DNA of 64,000 bases. It comes from Nevskiales bacterium (GTDB lineage Bacteria; Pseudomonadota; Gammaproteobacteria; Nevskiales; DATLYR01). The stretch lies in the NCBI GenBank assembly GCA_035574475.1, contig DATLYR010000087.1, positions 4,696-68,695 of the forward strand, read 5' to 3'. How positions within the stretch are numbered: the stretch's first letter is position 1; each line of letters begins with the position of its first letter. The notes beneath the pieces are model-generated. The model was not told where the DNA came from. It did no database searches and worked only from the letters and a program-made list of their open reading frames with translations. The translations under genes were made by a program, and so were the position numbers. This document shows, piece after piece, positions 19,632-31,571 of the stretch.

Positions 19632-20651
19632 ATGAACGCCAAGACCCTGATGGAAACCGCACGTGCAATGGTCGCCGACGGCCGCGGCATTCTGGCCGCC
19701 GACGAGAGCACCGGCACGATCGAGAAGCGCTTCAAGAGCATCGGCATCGAGAACACCGAGGAGCACCGGCGCGCCTACCGCGAAATGCTCTTCACCACGC
19801 CGGACATGGAGAAGTACATCAGCGGCGTGATCCTCTACGAAGAAACCCTGTTCCAGGCCACCCGCGACGGTAAGCCCTTTGCGAAGCTGCTGGCGGATAA
19901 GGGCGTGATCCCCGGCATCAAGGTGGACAAGGGCACCAAGCCGCTAGCGGGCGCGCCGGACGAGCTGGTGACCGAGGGGCTCGACGGCCTGCGCGACCGC
20001 CTGATCAAGTACCGCGAGGCCGGGGCGCGCTTCGCCAAGTGGCGCGCGGTCATCACCATCGGCCCCGGCATCCCCAGCGACTACTGCATCGAGGTCAACG
20101 CCCACGCGCTGGCCCGGTACGCGGCGCTGTGCCAGGAGCAGGACATCGTGCCGATCGTGGAGCCCGAGGTGCTGATGGATGCCGACAACACGCTCGAGGT
20201 CTGCGAGGCGGTCACCGACCGGACGCTGGCCGAGGTGTTCCGCCAGCTCTACCGCCAGCGCATCATGCTGGAGGGCATGATCCTCAAGCCCAACATGGTC
20301 ATCTCCGGCAAGAAGTGCCCGGTGCAGGCCGACGTGGAAACGGTCGCCGCCGCCACCGTGCGTACCCTCAAGCGCCGCGTTCCCGGCGCCGTGCCTGGCA
20401 TCGCCTTCCTGTCCGGCGGCCAGAGCGATGAGGCCGCCACCGCGCACCTCAACGCCATGAATCGCCTGGGACCGCTGCCCTGGACGCTGTCCTTCTCCTA
20501 CGGTCGCGCGCTGCAGGCGCCCTCGCTCAAGGCCTGGGCCGGCCAGACCGCCAACGTGGCGGCGGGGCAGCGTGCCTTCCTGCATCGCGCGCGCTGCAAT
20601 TCGGCTGCGGTCCAGGGGCGTTACAACGACGCGATGGAAAAGGCCGCCTAA
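19632..20651 (+). CDS. fba: Fructose-bisphosphate aldolase, class I
   Basis: 339 aa. GILAADESTGTIEKRF, Schiff-base lysine context MILKPNMV, FLSGGQS. Eukaryote/Xanthomonas-type class I aldolase. Confidence 0.93.
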   Translation: MNAKTLMETARAMVADGRGILAADESTGTIEKRFKSIGIENTEEHRRAYREMLFTTPDMEKYISGVILYEETLFQATRDGKPFAKLLADKGVIPGIKVDKGTKPLAGAPDELVTEGLDGLRDRLIKYREAGARFAKWRAVITIGPGIPSDYCIEVNAHALARYAALCQEQDIVPIVEPEVLMDADNTLEVCEAVTDRTLAEVFRQLYRQRIMLEGMILKPNMVISGKKCPVQADVETVAAATVRTLKRRVPGAVPGIAFLSGGQSDEAATAHLNAMNRLGPLPWTLSFSYGRALQAPSLKAWAGQTANVAAGQRAFLHRARCNSAAVQGRYNDAMEKAA

Positions 20652-20663
20652 GCCGGCGCCGAC

Positions 20664-22466
20664 ATGAGCGGGCTGCAGGCTTGCCTGGCGCTCAGTCCGC
20701 TGTTCCGGGACCTCGATGGCGCCGTGCTGGCCGACCTGGCGGCGCGTGCCCAACGGATTGAACTGGCGAGCGGCAGCACGCTGTTCCGTTATGGCGACGC
20801 AGGCGATGCACTCTATGTCGTCGCCACCGGCCGGCTGCGCGCGAGCCTGCCGGTCGGGGAAGGCGAAGAAACCATGGGCGATGCCGGTCGCGGCGAGGTG
20901 GTCGGGGAGATCGCGCTGGTGACCGGCGAACCGCGCACCGCCACGGTACGTGCCATCCGCGACAGCGTCCTGATCCGTATCGGCAAGCAGGACGTCGAGT
21001 GCCTGCTGGACCGCCACCCTGCCGCGATGATGCAGCTGGCGCGCCTGATCGTGCTGCGCCTGAGTACACATGGCCGTCGGCGCCGGCGTGACGCCTTGCG
21101 CAGCATGCGTACGCTGGCGCTGGTGCCCGCACATGACGGCGTGACGAATCTGCGCCGGCTGGCGGAGGATCTGGCTGCCGAGCTGTGCGCCTTCGGCAGT
21201 GTGCGCCTGCTGGATGCCGCGGCGGTGGACGACACGTTCGGCCCAGGCTATGCGGCGACACCCTTCAGCCCCGGTGAGCACAACAACCGGCTGGTCGACT
21301 GGCTGAACGCGCTGGAGGCGGAGCATCGCTTCCTCATTTACCTCGCCGATGCCGCCACGACGGCCTGGAGCGCGCGCTGCCTGCGCCAGGCTGACCGGAT
21401 CCTGCTGCTGGCGGAGGCCCGGCATCCACCCCAGTTGAGCGACGCCGTGCGCTACTGCTTGGATCATGCCATCCAGACGCCGCGCGAACTGGTGCTGTGG
21501 CACGAGAGCGCGCAATTGGCCGAGGGTTGCCAGCCGGTCGAATGGCGCGAACAGTGCGCTGCGGTCGCCCACCATCATCTGCGGGCCGGTAACGCCGGCG
21601 ATGTGGCGCACCTGGCCCGTATGCTGACCGGGCACGCGCTGGGCGTCGTGTTGGGCGGCGGCGGCGCGCGCGGTTTTGCGCACCTTGGTCTGCTGCGACT
21701 GTTGACGGAGCAGGGTCACAGGATCGACCTGATCGGCGGCACCAGCATCGGCGCGCTGATCGCCGCACTCTTTGCGCAGGGGCGCAGCCTGGACGACATG
21801 CGCGCGGCCCTGGACGACCTGTTCGTCAGGCACAACTACCTCAACGACTACAGCCTGTCACGCGTTTCGCTGATCGGCGGCCGCAAGTTCCGCGCGCAGC
21901 TCGAGCGCCTGTTCGGCGAGCAGCACATCGAAATGCTGCCGGTTCCGTACTTCTGCGTCAGCACCAATCTGACACGGGGCAGCGCCGTCGTACATGACAG
22001 CGGGTTGCTGCGCGAGTGGGTGGCGAGCAGCATGACCATTCCGGGGATTGGCCCGCCGGTGGTCTGGCGTGGCGACCTGCTGGTGGACGGCGGCCTGCTC
22101 AACAATGTGCCGACCGACGTCATGCAGGATCTGGGCCGGGGCATCGTCATCGGCTCGGACGTCAGCAACGCCGTGGAGCTGCGCGTCGAAGGCGTCGACA
22201 GCAGCCAACCGCGCGACCTGCTGCACTACCGCAGCATGGCGTCCGCCTTCAACATCGCCAAGATCCTGTTCCGCTCCGCCACACTGGTCGATGAGAATCA
22301 GGTGCGGGCCCGGCGTGGCAGCGCCGACCTCTACCTGCGCATGCCGGTGCAGGGCGTGGGCACCTTCGACTGGGCCGCTGCGCAGACGCTGGAGCAGCAA
22401 GCTTACGATTACGCGCGCGTCGAGCTGGAGCGCTTTTTCGCCGAGCAGGCGAAAGCAGCCGCCTGA
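20664..22466 (+). CDS. Cyclic-nucleotide-binding domain / patatin-like phospholipase (NTE-like)
   Basis: 600 aa. N-terminal cNMP-binding domain with phosphate-binding cassette GEIALVTGEPRTATVRA. Patatin motifs GGGGARG (oxyanion), GTSIG (GxSxG nucleophile) and VDGG (catalytic Asp). Confidence 0.88.
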   Translation: MSGLQACLALSPLFRDLDGAVLADLAARAQRIELASGSTLFRYGDAGDALYVVATGRLRASLPVGEGEETMGDAGRGEVVGEIALVTGEPRTATVRAIRDSVLIRIGKQDVECLLDRHPAAMMQLARLIVLRLSTHGRRRRRDALRSMRTLALVPAHDGVTNLRRLAEDLAAELCAFGSVRLLDAAAVDDTFGPGYAATPFSPGEHNNRLVDWLNALEAEHRFLIYLADAATTAWSARCLRQADRILLLAEARHPPQLSDAVRYCLDHAIQTPRELVLWHESAQLAEGCQPVEWREQCAAVAHHHLRAGNAGDVAHLARMLTGHALGVVLGGGGARGFAHLGLLRLLTEQGHRIDLIGGTSIGALIAALFAQGRSLDDMRAALDDLFVRHNYLNDYSLSRVSLIGGRKFRAQLERLFGEQHIEMLPVPYFCVSTNLTRGSAVVHDSGLLREWVASSMTIPGIGPPVVWRGDLLVDGGLLNNVPTDVMQDLGRGIVIGSDVSNAVELRVEGVDSSQPRDLLHYRSMASAFNIAKILFRSATLVDENQVRARRGSADLYLRMPVQGVGTFDWAAAQTLEQQAYDYARVELERFFAEQAKAAA

Positions 22467-22471
22467 CTTCT

Positions 22472-23608
22472 TTAGCCCAGCAGCCGCCGCAGGATGGCCT
22501 GGTAGATCAGGCACAGGCGATCGAGGTCCTCGATCCGCACGTGCTCGTCGATCTTGTGGATGCTGGCGTTCACCGGGCCGAGTTCCACCACCTCGGCGCC
22601 CGTGGGTGCGATGAAACGCCCGTCCGAGGTGCCGCCCGCGGTCGACAGCTGCGGCGTGATGCCGGTGACTTCGCGCACGCCCTCGCGCGCCGCATCGACC
22701 AGCCGGCCGCGCGCGGTCAGGAACGGCGCGCCGGAGTGGCGCCACTCCAGCCGGTAGTCGAGCCCATGGCGCTTCAAGACCGCTTCCACGCGCTCGCGGA
22801 TGGCGTCCGCGGTGAGTGCAGTCGAATAGCGCAGGTTGAACAGCAGTTCCGCATGGCCGGGAATGACGTTGTCGGCGCCGGTGCCGGCATTGAGGTTCGA
22901 CACCTGGAAACTGGTCGGCGGGAAGTCCTGCGTGCCGCGATCCCATTCGATCGCGCAGAGTTCGGCCAGCGCCGGGGCCAGGCGGTGAATGGGGTTGTCG
23001 GCCAAGTGGGGGTAGGCGACATGGCCTTGCCGGCCGCGCACGCTGAGACGCCCGGTCAGCGAACCGCGACGGCCGTGCTTGAGCGTGTCGCCGAGCACTG
23101 TGGCGCTGGAGGGTTCGCCGACGATGCAGTAGTCGATGCGCTCGCCGCGCGCCTGTAGCGCCTCCACCACGCGGCGCGTGCCGTCCACGGCGACGCCTTC
23201 CTCGTCGCTGGTGATGAGGAAGGCGATGCTGCCGGCGTGCTGCGGCCGTGCGCGCACGTACTCGCCGGCGGCCACCACCATGGCGGCCAGACTGCCTTTC
23301 ATGTCGGCGGCGCCGCGGCCGTACAGAAGGCCGTCACGGATGTCCGGCATGAACGGGTCGCTGCTCCAGGCCTCGAGCGGGCCGGTCGGCACCACGTCCG
23401 TGTGGCCTGCGAACACGACCAGCGGCGCGCCGCGGCCGCGCCGCGCCCACAGGTTCTGGACTGCGCCGAAGCGCATGGGCTCGAGCGCGAAACCGGCGGC
23501 GGCGAGCCGCTCGCCGATCAGGGCCTGGCAGCCGTCATCCTCGGGCGTGACCGAGCGCCGCCGGATCAGCTCCAGGGTCAGCTGCAGGGTCGGGGAGTGG
23601 CCGGACAT
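22472..23608 (-). CDS. dapE: Succinyl-diaminopimelate desuccinylase
   Basis: 378 aa M20 peptidase. [22 protein letters not shown]. Confidence 0.95.
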   Translation of the reverse strand: MSGHSPTLQLTLELIRRRSVTPEDDGCQALIGERLAAAGFALEPMRFGAVQNLWARRGRGAPLVVFAGHTDVVPTGPLEAWSSDPFMPDIRDGLLYGRGAADMKGSLAAMVVAAGEYVRARPQHAGSIAFLITSDEEGVAVDGTRRVVEALQARGERIDYCIVGEPSSATVLGDTLKHGRRGSLTGRLSVRGRQGHVAYPHLADNPIHRLAPALAELCAIEWDRGTQDFPPTSFQVSNLNAGTGADNVIPGHAELLFNLRYSTALTADAIRERVEAVLKRHGLDYRLEWRHSGAPFLTARGRLVDAAREGVREVTGITPQLSTAGGTSDGRFIAPTGAEVVELGPVNASIHKIDEHVRIEDLDRLCLIYQAILRRLLG

Positions 23609-23963
23609 CAGTCGGCGCCCTCGAAAACGACATCGTACTGCGCACTGCTGAAGCCGACGACCACCGCGGCGCCGATTTCCAGCACCGGGCGCTTGATCAG
23701 GCTCGGGTGCGCCAGCATGAGCGTGCGGGCCTTCGCGCCGGTGAGCCCGGCCTTGTCGCCGTCGGGCAGCCCGCGCCAGGTGGTGCCGCGGCGGTTGAGC
23801 AGAACCTCCCAGCCCACCTCGGCCAGCCAGCGCTCGAAGTGCTCGCGCGGCAGGCCTTCCTTGCGGAAATCGTGGAAGCGGTACTCGATCCCATGCTGGT
23901 CCAGCCAGGCGCGCGCGGCCTTGCAGCTGCCGCAGTTCGCCAGACCGTAGAGCGTGGTGGCGC

Positions 23964-23967
<4 letters not shown>
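23608..23967 (-). CDS. ArsC/Spx-family protein (YffB-like)
   Basis: 119 aa, [29 protein letters not shown]... This is the 3' part of the artefactual 495-aa ORF 23608-25095. The ATG overlaps the dapD stop. Confidence 0.85.
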
Positions 23968-24791
<824 letters not shown>

Positions 24792-24838
24792 GAAGGGCTC
24801 CGCCCCGGTTTTGGTGACGCGCAATTCTAGCGCAGCGC

Positions 24839-26035
24839 TCAGCGCAGCGTCGAAACGAAATCCCGCAGCCGGCGCGCCGCTTCCGCACATTGCTCGAGCG
24901 GCGGCACCAGCGAGATGCGGATGCGGTTGGCGCCGGGATCCCGGCCGTCCACCGTCCGCGACAGGTAGCGGCCCGGCACCACGCGCAGGTTCTCGCGCGC
25001 CAGCAGCTCGCGGGTAAAGTCACGGTCGTCGATGGGGGTCCGGGGCCACAGGTAGAAACTCGCCGCCGGGCGTGTGACTGGAAGGCTGTCCCCAAGGATG
25101 TCTAGCACGGCGTCGAACTTGGCGCGGTACTGTGCGCGGTTGTCCGCGACGTGCGCCTCGTCGCGCCAGGCGGCAATGCTGGCCTGCTGCACGGCCGGGT
25201 TCATCGCGCTGCCGTGATAGGTGCGATACAGCAGGAAGCGTCGCAGCACTTCGGGATCGCCGGCAACAAAACCCGAGCGCAGGCCGGGGACGTTGGAGCG
25301 CTTGGACAGGCTGTGAAAGACCACGCAGCGGCGGAAATCCGGCACACCCAGCTCGGCCGCCGCCTGCAGCAGGCCGGGTGGCGGAGCCGATTCGTCGAGA
25401 TAGATTTCGCTGTAGCACTCATCGGACGCGATCACGAAGTCGTGGCGTTCGGCCAGTTCGATGGCGCGATCGAGCTGCGCCAGCGGCAGCACCGCACCGG
25501 TCGGGTTGCCGGGGCTGCACAGGTAGAGCAGCTGGCAGTCGCGCCAGACCGCCGTCGGCACGGCGTCGAGGTCGGGCAGAAAGCCGTTCTCTTCCAGGCA
25601 GGGCAGGAAGTGCGGCTGCGCGCCGGCCAACAGCGCCGCGCCCTCGTAGATCTGGTAGAAAGGATTAGGCATCAGCACGCGCGCCGGTCGTGTGCGATCC
25701 ACGATGGCCTGGGCGAAGGCGAACAGCGCCTCGCGCGTGCCATTGACCGGCAGCACGTGGCGGGCGGGATCGAGCGCGCCGGCGGGGAGGCGGAAGCGGC
25801 GGGCCAGCCAGCCGGCGATCGCCTCGCGCAGCGCCGGAACGCCGGCGGTGGTGGGGTAGCTGTCGATGGCCGGCAGCGCGCGGGTCAGTGCCTCGAGAAT
25901 GAACGGCGGCACGGGGTGTTTCGGCTCGCCAATGGACAGTGCAATCGGCGGCTTGGCGGCCGGCGTGACGCCCGCAAGCAGCTGGGCCAGCTTCTCGAAG
26001 GGATAGGGCTGCAGGCGCTCGAGATCGGGATTCAT
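24839..26035 (-). CDS. dapC: Succinyldiaminopimelate transaminase (class I aminotransferase)
   Basis: 398 aa from ATG 26035 ([20 protein letters not shown]...[11 protein letters not shown]). PLP-lysine motif [14 protein letters not shown]. Lies in a dap operon context. Confidence 0.85.
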   Translation of the reverse strand: MNPDLERLQPYPFEKLAQLLAGVTPAAKPPIALSIGEPKHPVPPFILEALTRALPAIDSYPTTAGVPALREAIAGWLARRFRLPAGALDPARHVLPVNGTREALFAFAQAIVDRTRPARVLMPNPFYQIYEGAALLAGAQPHFLPCLEENGFLPDLDAVPTAVWRDCQLLYLCSPGNPTGAVLPLAQLDRAIELAERHDFVIASDECYSEIYLDESAPPPGLLQAAAELGVPDFRRCVVFHSLSKRSNVPGLRSGFVAGDPEVLRRFLLYRTYHGSAMNPAVQQASIAAWRDEAHVADNRAQYRAKFDAVLDILGDSLPVTRPAASFYLWPRTPIDDRDFTRELLARENLRVVPGRYLSRTVDGRDPGANRIRISLVPPLEQCAEAARRLRDFVSTLR

Positions 26036-26049
26036 GTCATGCTGCGCCT

Positions 26050-28728
26050 TCAGCTCGCCGGGTCGGCGTCCAGTGCCTGCGTCAGCGCCTGGCGCAGCAG
26101 ATGGAAGCGTGCGGGATCGGTGATCGGTTTGTGCTGGGTGTCGGTGACGTAGAACACGTCTTCGGCACGTTCGCCGATGGTGCCGATCTTGGCGGCCTCG
26201 ACCAGGATGCCCTGGTCCTTGAATACTGCGCCGATGGTCGAGAGCAGGCCCGGGCGGTCGCCGGTGACCACTTCCACCAGGGTCCGCTGGCGGTCCACGT
26301 CCTGGCTGAAGAAGATCTGCGTCGGTGTATTGAAGTGCTTGAGCTGGCGCGGCAGACGCCGCCCGACCTCGACGCTGGAGACTTTGGGGTCGCTGATCAC
26401 GCGGCGCAGAGCGTCGCGGATCTCGTCGAAGCGGGAGGCCTCGACGATCGGCGCGCCGTTGCCTTCCATCACCACGTAGGTGTCGAGCGTGTAGCCGTCG
26501 CGGGTGGCGCCGATGCGTGCGTCCAGGATGTTGAGTCCCAGACGCGCCAGCATGCCGGTGCTCAGGCCGAACAGGTAATCCACGTCGCGGGTATAGACGA
26601 AGACCGTGGTGCCGCGCGCGGCCAGCGTGTCCACGCGAACCAGCGGCAACGCCTCTTCGGGGGTCTCGGCAATGGCCTGTGTCTGCCAGGCGATCTCGGC
26701 GCTGCTGTGGCGCAGGAAATGCTCGTCCTCGATACGGGCCCAGACGGCGTCGATCTGTTCGCCCGAAAGGCCGCGGTCCTCCAGCAGACGGCGCGCGCCG
26801 GCCTTGGTCTCTTCGACCAGCTCGCGCTCGCCGATCGGTTCGTGCAGGCCGCGCTCCAGCGTGCGGCGGGTGGCGGCATACAATTCCTGCAGCAGGCTGG
26901 CGCGCCAGGAATTCCACAGGTTGGGGTTGGTGGCGCGAATGTCGCAGACGGTCAGCAGGTAGAGGTAGTCGAGACGGGTCTGGTCGCCCACCTGGCGCGC
27001 GAATTCGAGGATCACCTTCGGGTCCGAGATGTCACGGCGCTGCGCGGTCATGGACATCACCAGATGGTTGCGCACCAGCCAGGCGACCAGCTCGCTGTCC
27101 GGATGCGACAGGCCATGCGCCAGGCAGAAGTCCGCGGCCTCGGCCGCGCCCAGCTCCGAATGGTCGCCGCCGCGGCCCTTGGCGATGTCGTGGAACAGCC
27201 CGGCCAGGTACAGCAGTTCCGGCTTGGGCAGGCGCTTGAACACCGCGCTGGCGTAGGGCAGCTCGTGCTCGAACTCGGGCAACGCCAGGCGGCGCATGTT
27301 GCGCACCACGAACAGGACATGCTCGTCCACCGTCAGGGTGTGGAACAGGTCGTACTGCATCATGCCGATGACCTGGCCGAAGGCGGGCAGGTAGCGGCCG
27401 AGCACGCCGTAGCGGTTCATGCGCCGCAGCTCGTGGGTGATGCCGCGCGGCTGGCGCAGCATCTCCATGAACAGCGTCCGGGCGCGCACGTCGCGGCGCA
27501 AGCGCTCGTCGATCAGCCCGCGGTCGCGGCGGATCAGGCGCAGCGTTTCAGCGGCGATGCCCTTCAGCTCGCGGTGGCAGGTCAGCAGGTAGAAAATTTC
27601 CAGCAGCGCCACCGGATCTTCCTGGAACACATCCGGATGGCAGGCCTCGATGTAGCCGTGGCGGGTCTGGAAGCGGGCGTTGAGCGGCTCGGGCGGCGCG
27701 GCGTCCTCCGGGTACAGGATCGCCTCCTGGAACAGCTGCAGCAGCATGTCGTTGAGGCAGGACAGCGCCTTGACCGTTCGATAATAGCGCTGCATGAATT
27801 GCTCGACCGCCAGGTTGTGGCTGGCATCGCGATAGCCGAACATCTGCGCGACCTTCACCTGGTGGTCGAACAGCAGCCGATCCTCGCGCCGCTCGCACAG
27901 CCGGTGCAGGGCGAAACGCACCCGCCACAGGAAGGACTGGTGCTCATTCAGTTCGCAGTATTCCTGCTCGGTCAGGAAGTCATGCGTCACCAGATCGTGC
28001 AGGGTTTCGGTGCCGAAATGGCGCATCGCCACCCAGCTGATGTTCTGCAGATCGCGCAGCCCCCCGGGCGATTCCTTGACGTTGGGTTCGAGCTTGTAAG
28101 CCGTGTCCTGGTACTTGGCGTGCCGCGCGCGCTGCTCCTCCAGCTTGGCAGCGAAGAAATCCCGCACCGGCCAGAGCCGGTCCGGCGTGATGGCCGCGCG
28201 CATGGCGCGAAACAGGGCCGCGTTGCCGGCCAGCGGACGCGACTCGAGCAGGGTGGTCATGATGGTGAGGTCGGCGGCAGCCTGGCGGCAGCACTCCACC
28301 GGCGTGCGCACGCTGTGGCCGAGGTCCAGGCCGATGTCCCAGACAAAGGTCAGGAAGGCTTCCAGCCCGGCCTGCGCTGCGCCGAGATCCGGCTCCTCGT
28401 GCAGGATCAGCAGGTCAATGTCCGAATAGGGCAGGAGTTCACCGCGCCCGTAGCCGCCGACCGCCACCAGGCAAAGGCCCGTCGTGTCGGAGCCCAAGAA
28501 GTGCTGCCAGGCGCGCGTCAGCAATTCGTCGACCTGGCGTGCCCGGCCGCGCACCAGATTCTCGACCGGCACACCGGCGTCGAAGGCCTTGTACAACAGC
28601 TGCTGGCCCTGCTCCAGCCTTTGGCGGCCTGCGGCGACAGTGAGGCCGGCCTCATCGAACCCCGGCAACAGGCCGAACAGTTCGCCGCTTTCGCAGTTTG
28701 CCGTTGGCAGCTGCGCAGCCTCGACCAT
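26050..28728 (-). CDS. glnD: [Protein-PII] uridylyltransferase / uridylyl-removing enzyme
   Basis: 892 aa. Nucleotidyltransferase motif GGYGRGELLPYSDIDLLIL, HD domain LFHDIAKG, two C-terminal ACT domains. Confidence 0.96.
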   Translation of the reverse strand: MVEAAQLPTANCESGELFGLLPGFDEAGLTVAAGRQRLEQGQQLLYKAFDAGVPVENLVRGRARQVDELLTRAWQHFLGSDTTGLCLVAVGGYGRGELLPYSDIDLLILHEEPDLGAAQAGLEAFLTFVWDIGLDLGHSVRTPVECCRQAAADLTIMTTLLESRPLAGNAALFRAMRAAITPDRLWPVRDFFAAKLEEQRARHAKYQDTAYKLEPNVKESPGGLRDLQNISWVAMRHFGTETLHDLVTHDFLTEQEYCELNEHQSFLWRVRFALHRLCERREDRLLFDHQVKVAQMFGYRDASHNLAVEQFMQRYYRTVKALSCLNDMLLQLFQEAILYPEDAAPPEPLNARFQTRHGYIEACHPDVFQEDPVALLEIFYLLTCHRELKGIAAETLRLIRRDRGLIDERLRRDVRARTLFMEMLRQPRGITHELRRMNRYGVLGRYLPAFGQVIGMMQYDLFHTLTVDEHVLFVVRNMRRLALPEFEHELPYASAVFKRLPKPELLYLAGLFHDIAKGRGGDHSELGAAEAADFCLAHGLSHPDSELVAWLVRNHLVMSMTAQRRDISDPKVILEFARQVGDQTRLDYLYLLTVCDIRATNPNLWNSWRASLLQELYAATRRTLERGLHEPIGERELVEETKAGARRLLEDRGLSGEQIDAVWARIEDEHFLRHSSAEIAWQTQAIAETPEEALPLVRVDTLAARGTTVFVYTRDVDYLFGLSTGMLARLGLNILDARIGATRDGYTLDTYVVMEGNGAPIVEASRFDEIRDALRRVISDPKVSSVEVGRRLPRQLKHFNTPTQIFFSQDVDRQRTLVEVVTGDRPGLLSTIGAVFKDQGILVEAAKIGTIGERAEDVFYVTDTQHKPITDPARFHLLRQALTQALDADPAS

Positions 28729-29492
28729 CAGAGTGCCCCGTTACGCAGGGTCAGCACCTCGACGCCGTCGTCGGTGACCAGCACGGTGTGCTCCCACTGG
28801 GCCGACAGCGAGTGGTCCTTGGTGACCACGGTCCAGCCGTCCGGCAGCAGCTTCACCTCGGGCCGGCCGGCGTTGACCATCGGTTCGATGGTGAAGCACA
28901 TGCCCGGTTCGAGCCGCAGCCCGGTGCCGGGGCTGCCGTAGTGCAGCACCTGCGGGTCCTCGTGGAACACACGGCCGATGCCGTGGCCGCAGTATTCGCG
29001 CACCACCGAGAAGCCGTTCTTCTCGACGTGCGTCTGGATGGCGGCGCCGATATCGCCCAGCCGCGCGCCCGGCCGCACCTGCTCGATGCCGCGGCACATG
29101 GCCTCGTAGGCCACCTGCGAGAGGCGTCTGGCCTGCACGCCGACCTCCCCGACGAAGAACATGCGGCTGGTGTCGCCGTGCCAGCCGTCCTTGATGACGG
29201 TGATGTCGATGTTGACGATGTCGCCGCGCTTGAGCTTCTTGTCCCCCGGGATGCCGTGGCAGACCACGTGGTTGACCGAGGTACAGATGGACTTGGGGAA
29301 GCCGCGGTAGTTGAGCGGTGCCGGCACGGCCTGCAGGTGGTTGACGATGTAGTCGTGGCAGATGCGGTTCAACTCGTCGGTGGTGACGCCCGGCTGCACA
29401 TGCGGCTCGATCATCAGCAGCACCTCGGCCGCCAGCTGCCCGGCCACCCGCATTTTCTGCTGTTCTTCCGGGGTTTTGATGGTCACGCTCAT
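28728..29492 (-). CDS. map: Methionine aminopeptidase type I
   Basis: 254 aa. DIVNIDITV, GHGIG, FTIEPM, EHTVLVT metal-ligand contexts. Confidence 0.96.
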   Translation of the reverse strand: MSVTIKTPEEQQKMRVAGQLAAEVLLMIEPHVQPGVTTDELNRICHDYIVNHLQAVPAPLNYRGFPKSICTSVNHVVCHGIPGDKKLKRGDIVNIDITVIKDGWHGDTSRMFFVGEVGVQARRLSQVAYEAMCRGIEQVRPGARLGDIGAAIQTHVEKNGFSVVREYCGHGIGRVFHEDPQVLHYGSPGTGLRLEPGMCFTIEPMVNAGRPEVKLLPDGWTVVTKDHSLSAQWEHTVLVTDDGVEVLTLRNGAL

Positions 29493-29553
29493 GGCAGGCC
29501 TGGGTGGGTCCGGCCGGAACGGGGCCGAAAGCCGGAAATTTAGGCAAATCCGA

Positions 29554-29753
29554 TTGTTACGCGAAGCGGCTTATGGTATAAAGCGCACGCTTTTTTAGCA
29601 ATTTCGCTAATCAAGTCAGGTGCCAGGCCCCGGTTGCGACCGGGCCGGCGAAATTCTCACACGCATCGTCACGTGCGGCAGGGTGCCCGGGGCTCCGGTC
29701 CAGGGTTGCCGCATGGGGTGCGTGGAGGCCCAACCCAACGGAGTCTGAACGAC
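29554..29753 (+). promoter_or_regulatory. rpsB promoter with extended -10, plus a long 5' leader of about 165 nt
   Basis: TTGTTA (29554-29559), 17 nt spacer, TGgTATAAA (29574-29582). The leader length and TGgTATAAA element resemble the E. coli rpsB-tsf leader used for S2 autoregulation (recalled). Confidence 0.5.
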
Positions 29754-30569
29754 ATGTCGCAAGTCACCATGCGCCAGCTGCTGGAGGCCGGTGCCCATTT
29801 CGGCCATCGTACCCGCTACTGGAACCCCAAGATGGCCCCGTACATCTTCGGCCATCGCAACAAGATCCACATCATCAACCTGGAACAGACGCTGCCGCTG
29901 CTGCGCGAGGCGCACAATTACGTCAGCCGGCTGGCCGCCAACGGCGGCAAGATTCTGTTCGTCGGCACCAAGCGTGCCGCGCGCGAGGCGATCGAGGCCG
30001 AGGCCACCCGCTGCGGCATGCCCTACGTCAGCCATCGCTGGCTGGGTGGCATGCTGACCAACTTCAAGACCGTCAAGCAGTCCATCAAACGCCTGACCGA
30101 TCTCGAGCAGATGATCGAGGAAGGCTCCTTCAACCGGCTCAGCAAGAAAGAACAGCAGAGGCTCAATCGCGAGCTGGAGAAGCTGCGCCGCAGTCTGGGC
30201 GGCATCAAGAACATGACCAGCCTGCCGGACGCCTTGTTCGTGGTGGACGTCGGCCACGAGAACATCGCCGTGCAGGAGGCCAACAAGCTCGGCATCCCGG
30301 TGGTGGGGGTGGTGGACACCAACAACTCGCCGGACGGCATCGCTTGCGTGATTCCCGGCAACGACGACGCCATCCGTGCCATCCGCGTCTATGCCTCGGT
30401 CATCGCCGATGCGGTGATCGACGGCCGCGGCACCGTGACCACGGCAGCCAAGGATGAGTTCGTCGAGGTCAGCGAGGACGCCGGCAAGGCCAGAGCCAAG
30501 CCACGGGCGCGCCCCGCGGCCAAGCCCAAGGCCGCGACGCGCTCGCGCAAAGCCACGGACAAGGAATGA
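29754..30569 (+). CDS. rpsB: 30S ribosomal protein S2
   Basis: Start at ATG 29754, [27 protein letters not shown]. Confidence 0.97.
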   Translation: MSQVTMRQLLEAGAHFGHRTRYWNPKMAPYIFGHRNKIHIINLEQTLPLLREAHNYVSRLAANGGKILFVGTKRAAREAIEAEATRCGMPYVSHRWLGGMLTNFKTVKQSIKRLTDLEQMIEEGSFNRLSKKEQQRLNRELEKLRRSLGGIKNMTSLPDALFVVDVGHENIAVQEANKLGIPVVGVVDTNNSPDGIACVIPGNDDAIRAIRVYASVIADAVIDGRGTVTTAAKDEFVEVSEDAGKARAKPRARPAAKPKAATRSRKATDKE

Positions 30570-30579
30570 CGAGGCCGGC

Positions 30580-31461
30580 ATGACGATTTCCGCAACACTG
30601 GTGAAGGAGCTGCGCGAGCGCACCGGCTCCGGCATGATGGAATGCAAGCGCGCGCTGGAGGCGACCGGCGGCGACATCGAGGCCGCGGTCGAGAAGATGC
30701 GCAAGGAAGGCATGGCCAAGGCCGACAAGAAGGCCGGCCGCGTGGCGGCCGAAGGTGCGGTCCTGACCCGGATTTCCGAGGATGGCCAGACCGGCCTGAT
30801 CCTGGAGATCAACTGCGAAACCGACTTCGTCGCCAAGGACGCCAGCTTCCAGGCCTTTTGCCAGGACGTGGCCGCAGCGGCGCTCAAGGCACGGCCCGCG
30901 GATCTGGAGGCGCTGCTGGCGCTGGATCTGGGCGGCGAGAGCGTCGATCAGCGTCGTCGTGGCCTGGTGGCCAAGATCGGCGAGAACATCGGCGTGCGCC
31001 GTTTCGCCTTCGTGCCGGCGACCGGCGGCGTGCTGGCATCCTATATCCACGGCGGCCGCATCGGCGTGCTGGTGGCCCTGACGGGCGGTGATGCGGAGCT
31101 GGCCAAGGATCTGGCGATGCACATCGCGGCCAGCAGTCCCGCCTATGTCAGCGCTTCCGACGTGCCGGAAGAGGTCAAGGCCAAGGAGCGCGAGATCATC
31201 GCGGCCCAGACCGCCGACGCCAAGAAGCCGGCTGACATCATCGCCAAAATGGTGGAAGGCAAGCTGCGCAAGTTCCTGAACGAGATCACGCTGCTCGGCC
31301 AGCCCTTCGTCAAAAACCCCGACCAGACCGTCGAGCAGCTGCTGAAGCAGGCCGGGGCTACGGTCACGGCGTTCCAGCGCTATGCGGTGGGCGAGGGGAT
31401 CGAGAAGCAGGCGGGTGATTTCGCCGCCGAGGTGGCGGCGGCGGCCCAGGCGGCGAAATAG
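30580..31461 (+). CDS. tsf: Elongation factor Ts
   Basis: Start at ATG 30580, [27 protein letters not shown] (UBA-like N-terminus). Confidence 0.97.
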   Translation: MTISATLVKELRERTGSGMMECKRALEATGGDIEAAVEKMRKEGMAKADKKAGRVAAEGAVLTRISEDGQTGLILEINCETDFVAKDASFQAFCQDVAAAALKARPADLEALLALDLGGESVDQRRRGLVAKIGENIGVRRFAFVPATGGVLASYIHGGRIGVLVALTGGDAELAKDLAMHIAASSPAYVSASDVPEEVKAKEREIIAAQTADAKKPADIIAKMVEGKLRKFLNEITLLGQPFVKNPDQTVEQLLKQAGATVTAFQRYAVGEGIEKQAGDFAAEVAAAAQAAK

Positions 31462-31481
31462 GCAGCACCCGCCAGACACGA

Positions 31482-31508
31482 CAGGCCCCGTCACCGGGGC
31501 CTGTTTTT
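31482..31508 (+). terminator. Rho-independent terminator after tsf
   Basis: CAGGCCCCG-TCAC-CGGGGCCTG followed by TTTTT. Confidence 0.85.
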
Positions 31509-31571
31509 AGATGGAGCCGCCGGCAGGCGCTCCGTTAGAATGCGGCAGCGATCCGAGGAGCCAGCGCGCAC

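Noticed and set aside
20664-22466. The cNMP-binding patatin lipase as a CBASS/CapV-like anti-phage effector.
   Set aside because: No CD-NTase/cyclase, E1/E2/JAB, or other defence-type partner is adjacent. The neighbours are fba and convergent dapE. The sensor is a classical cAMP/cGMP-type CNB domain, not a CapV-like architecture. The best reading is an NTE-like housekeeping or signalling lipase.
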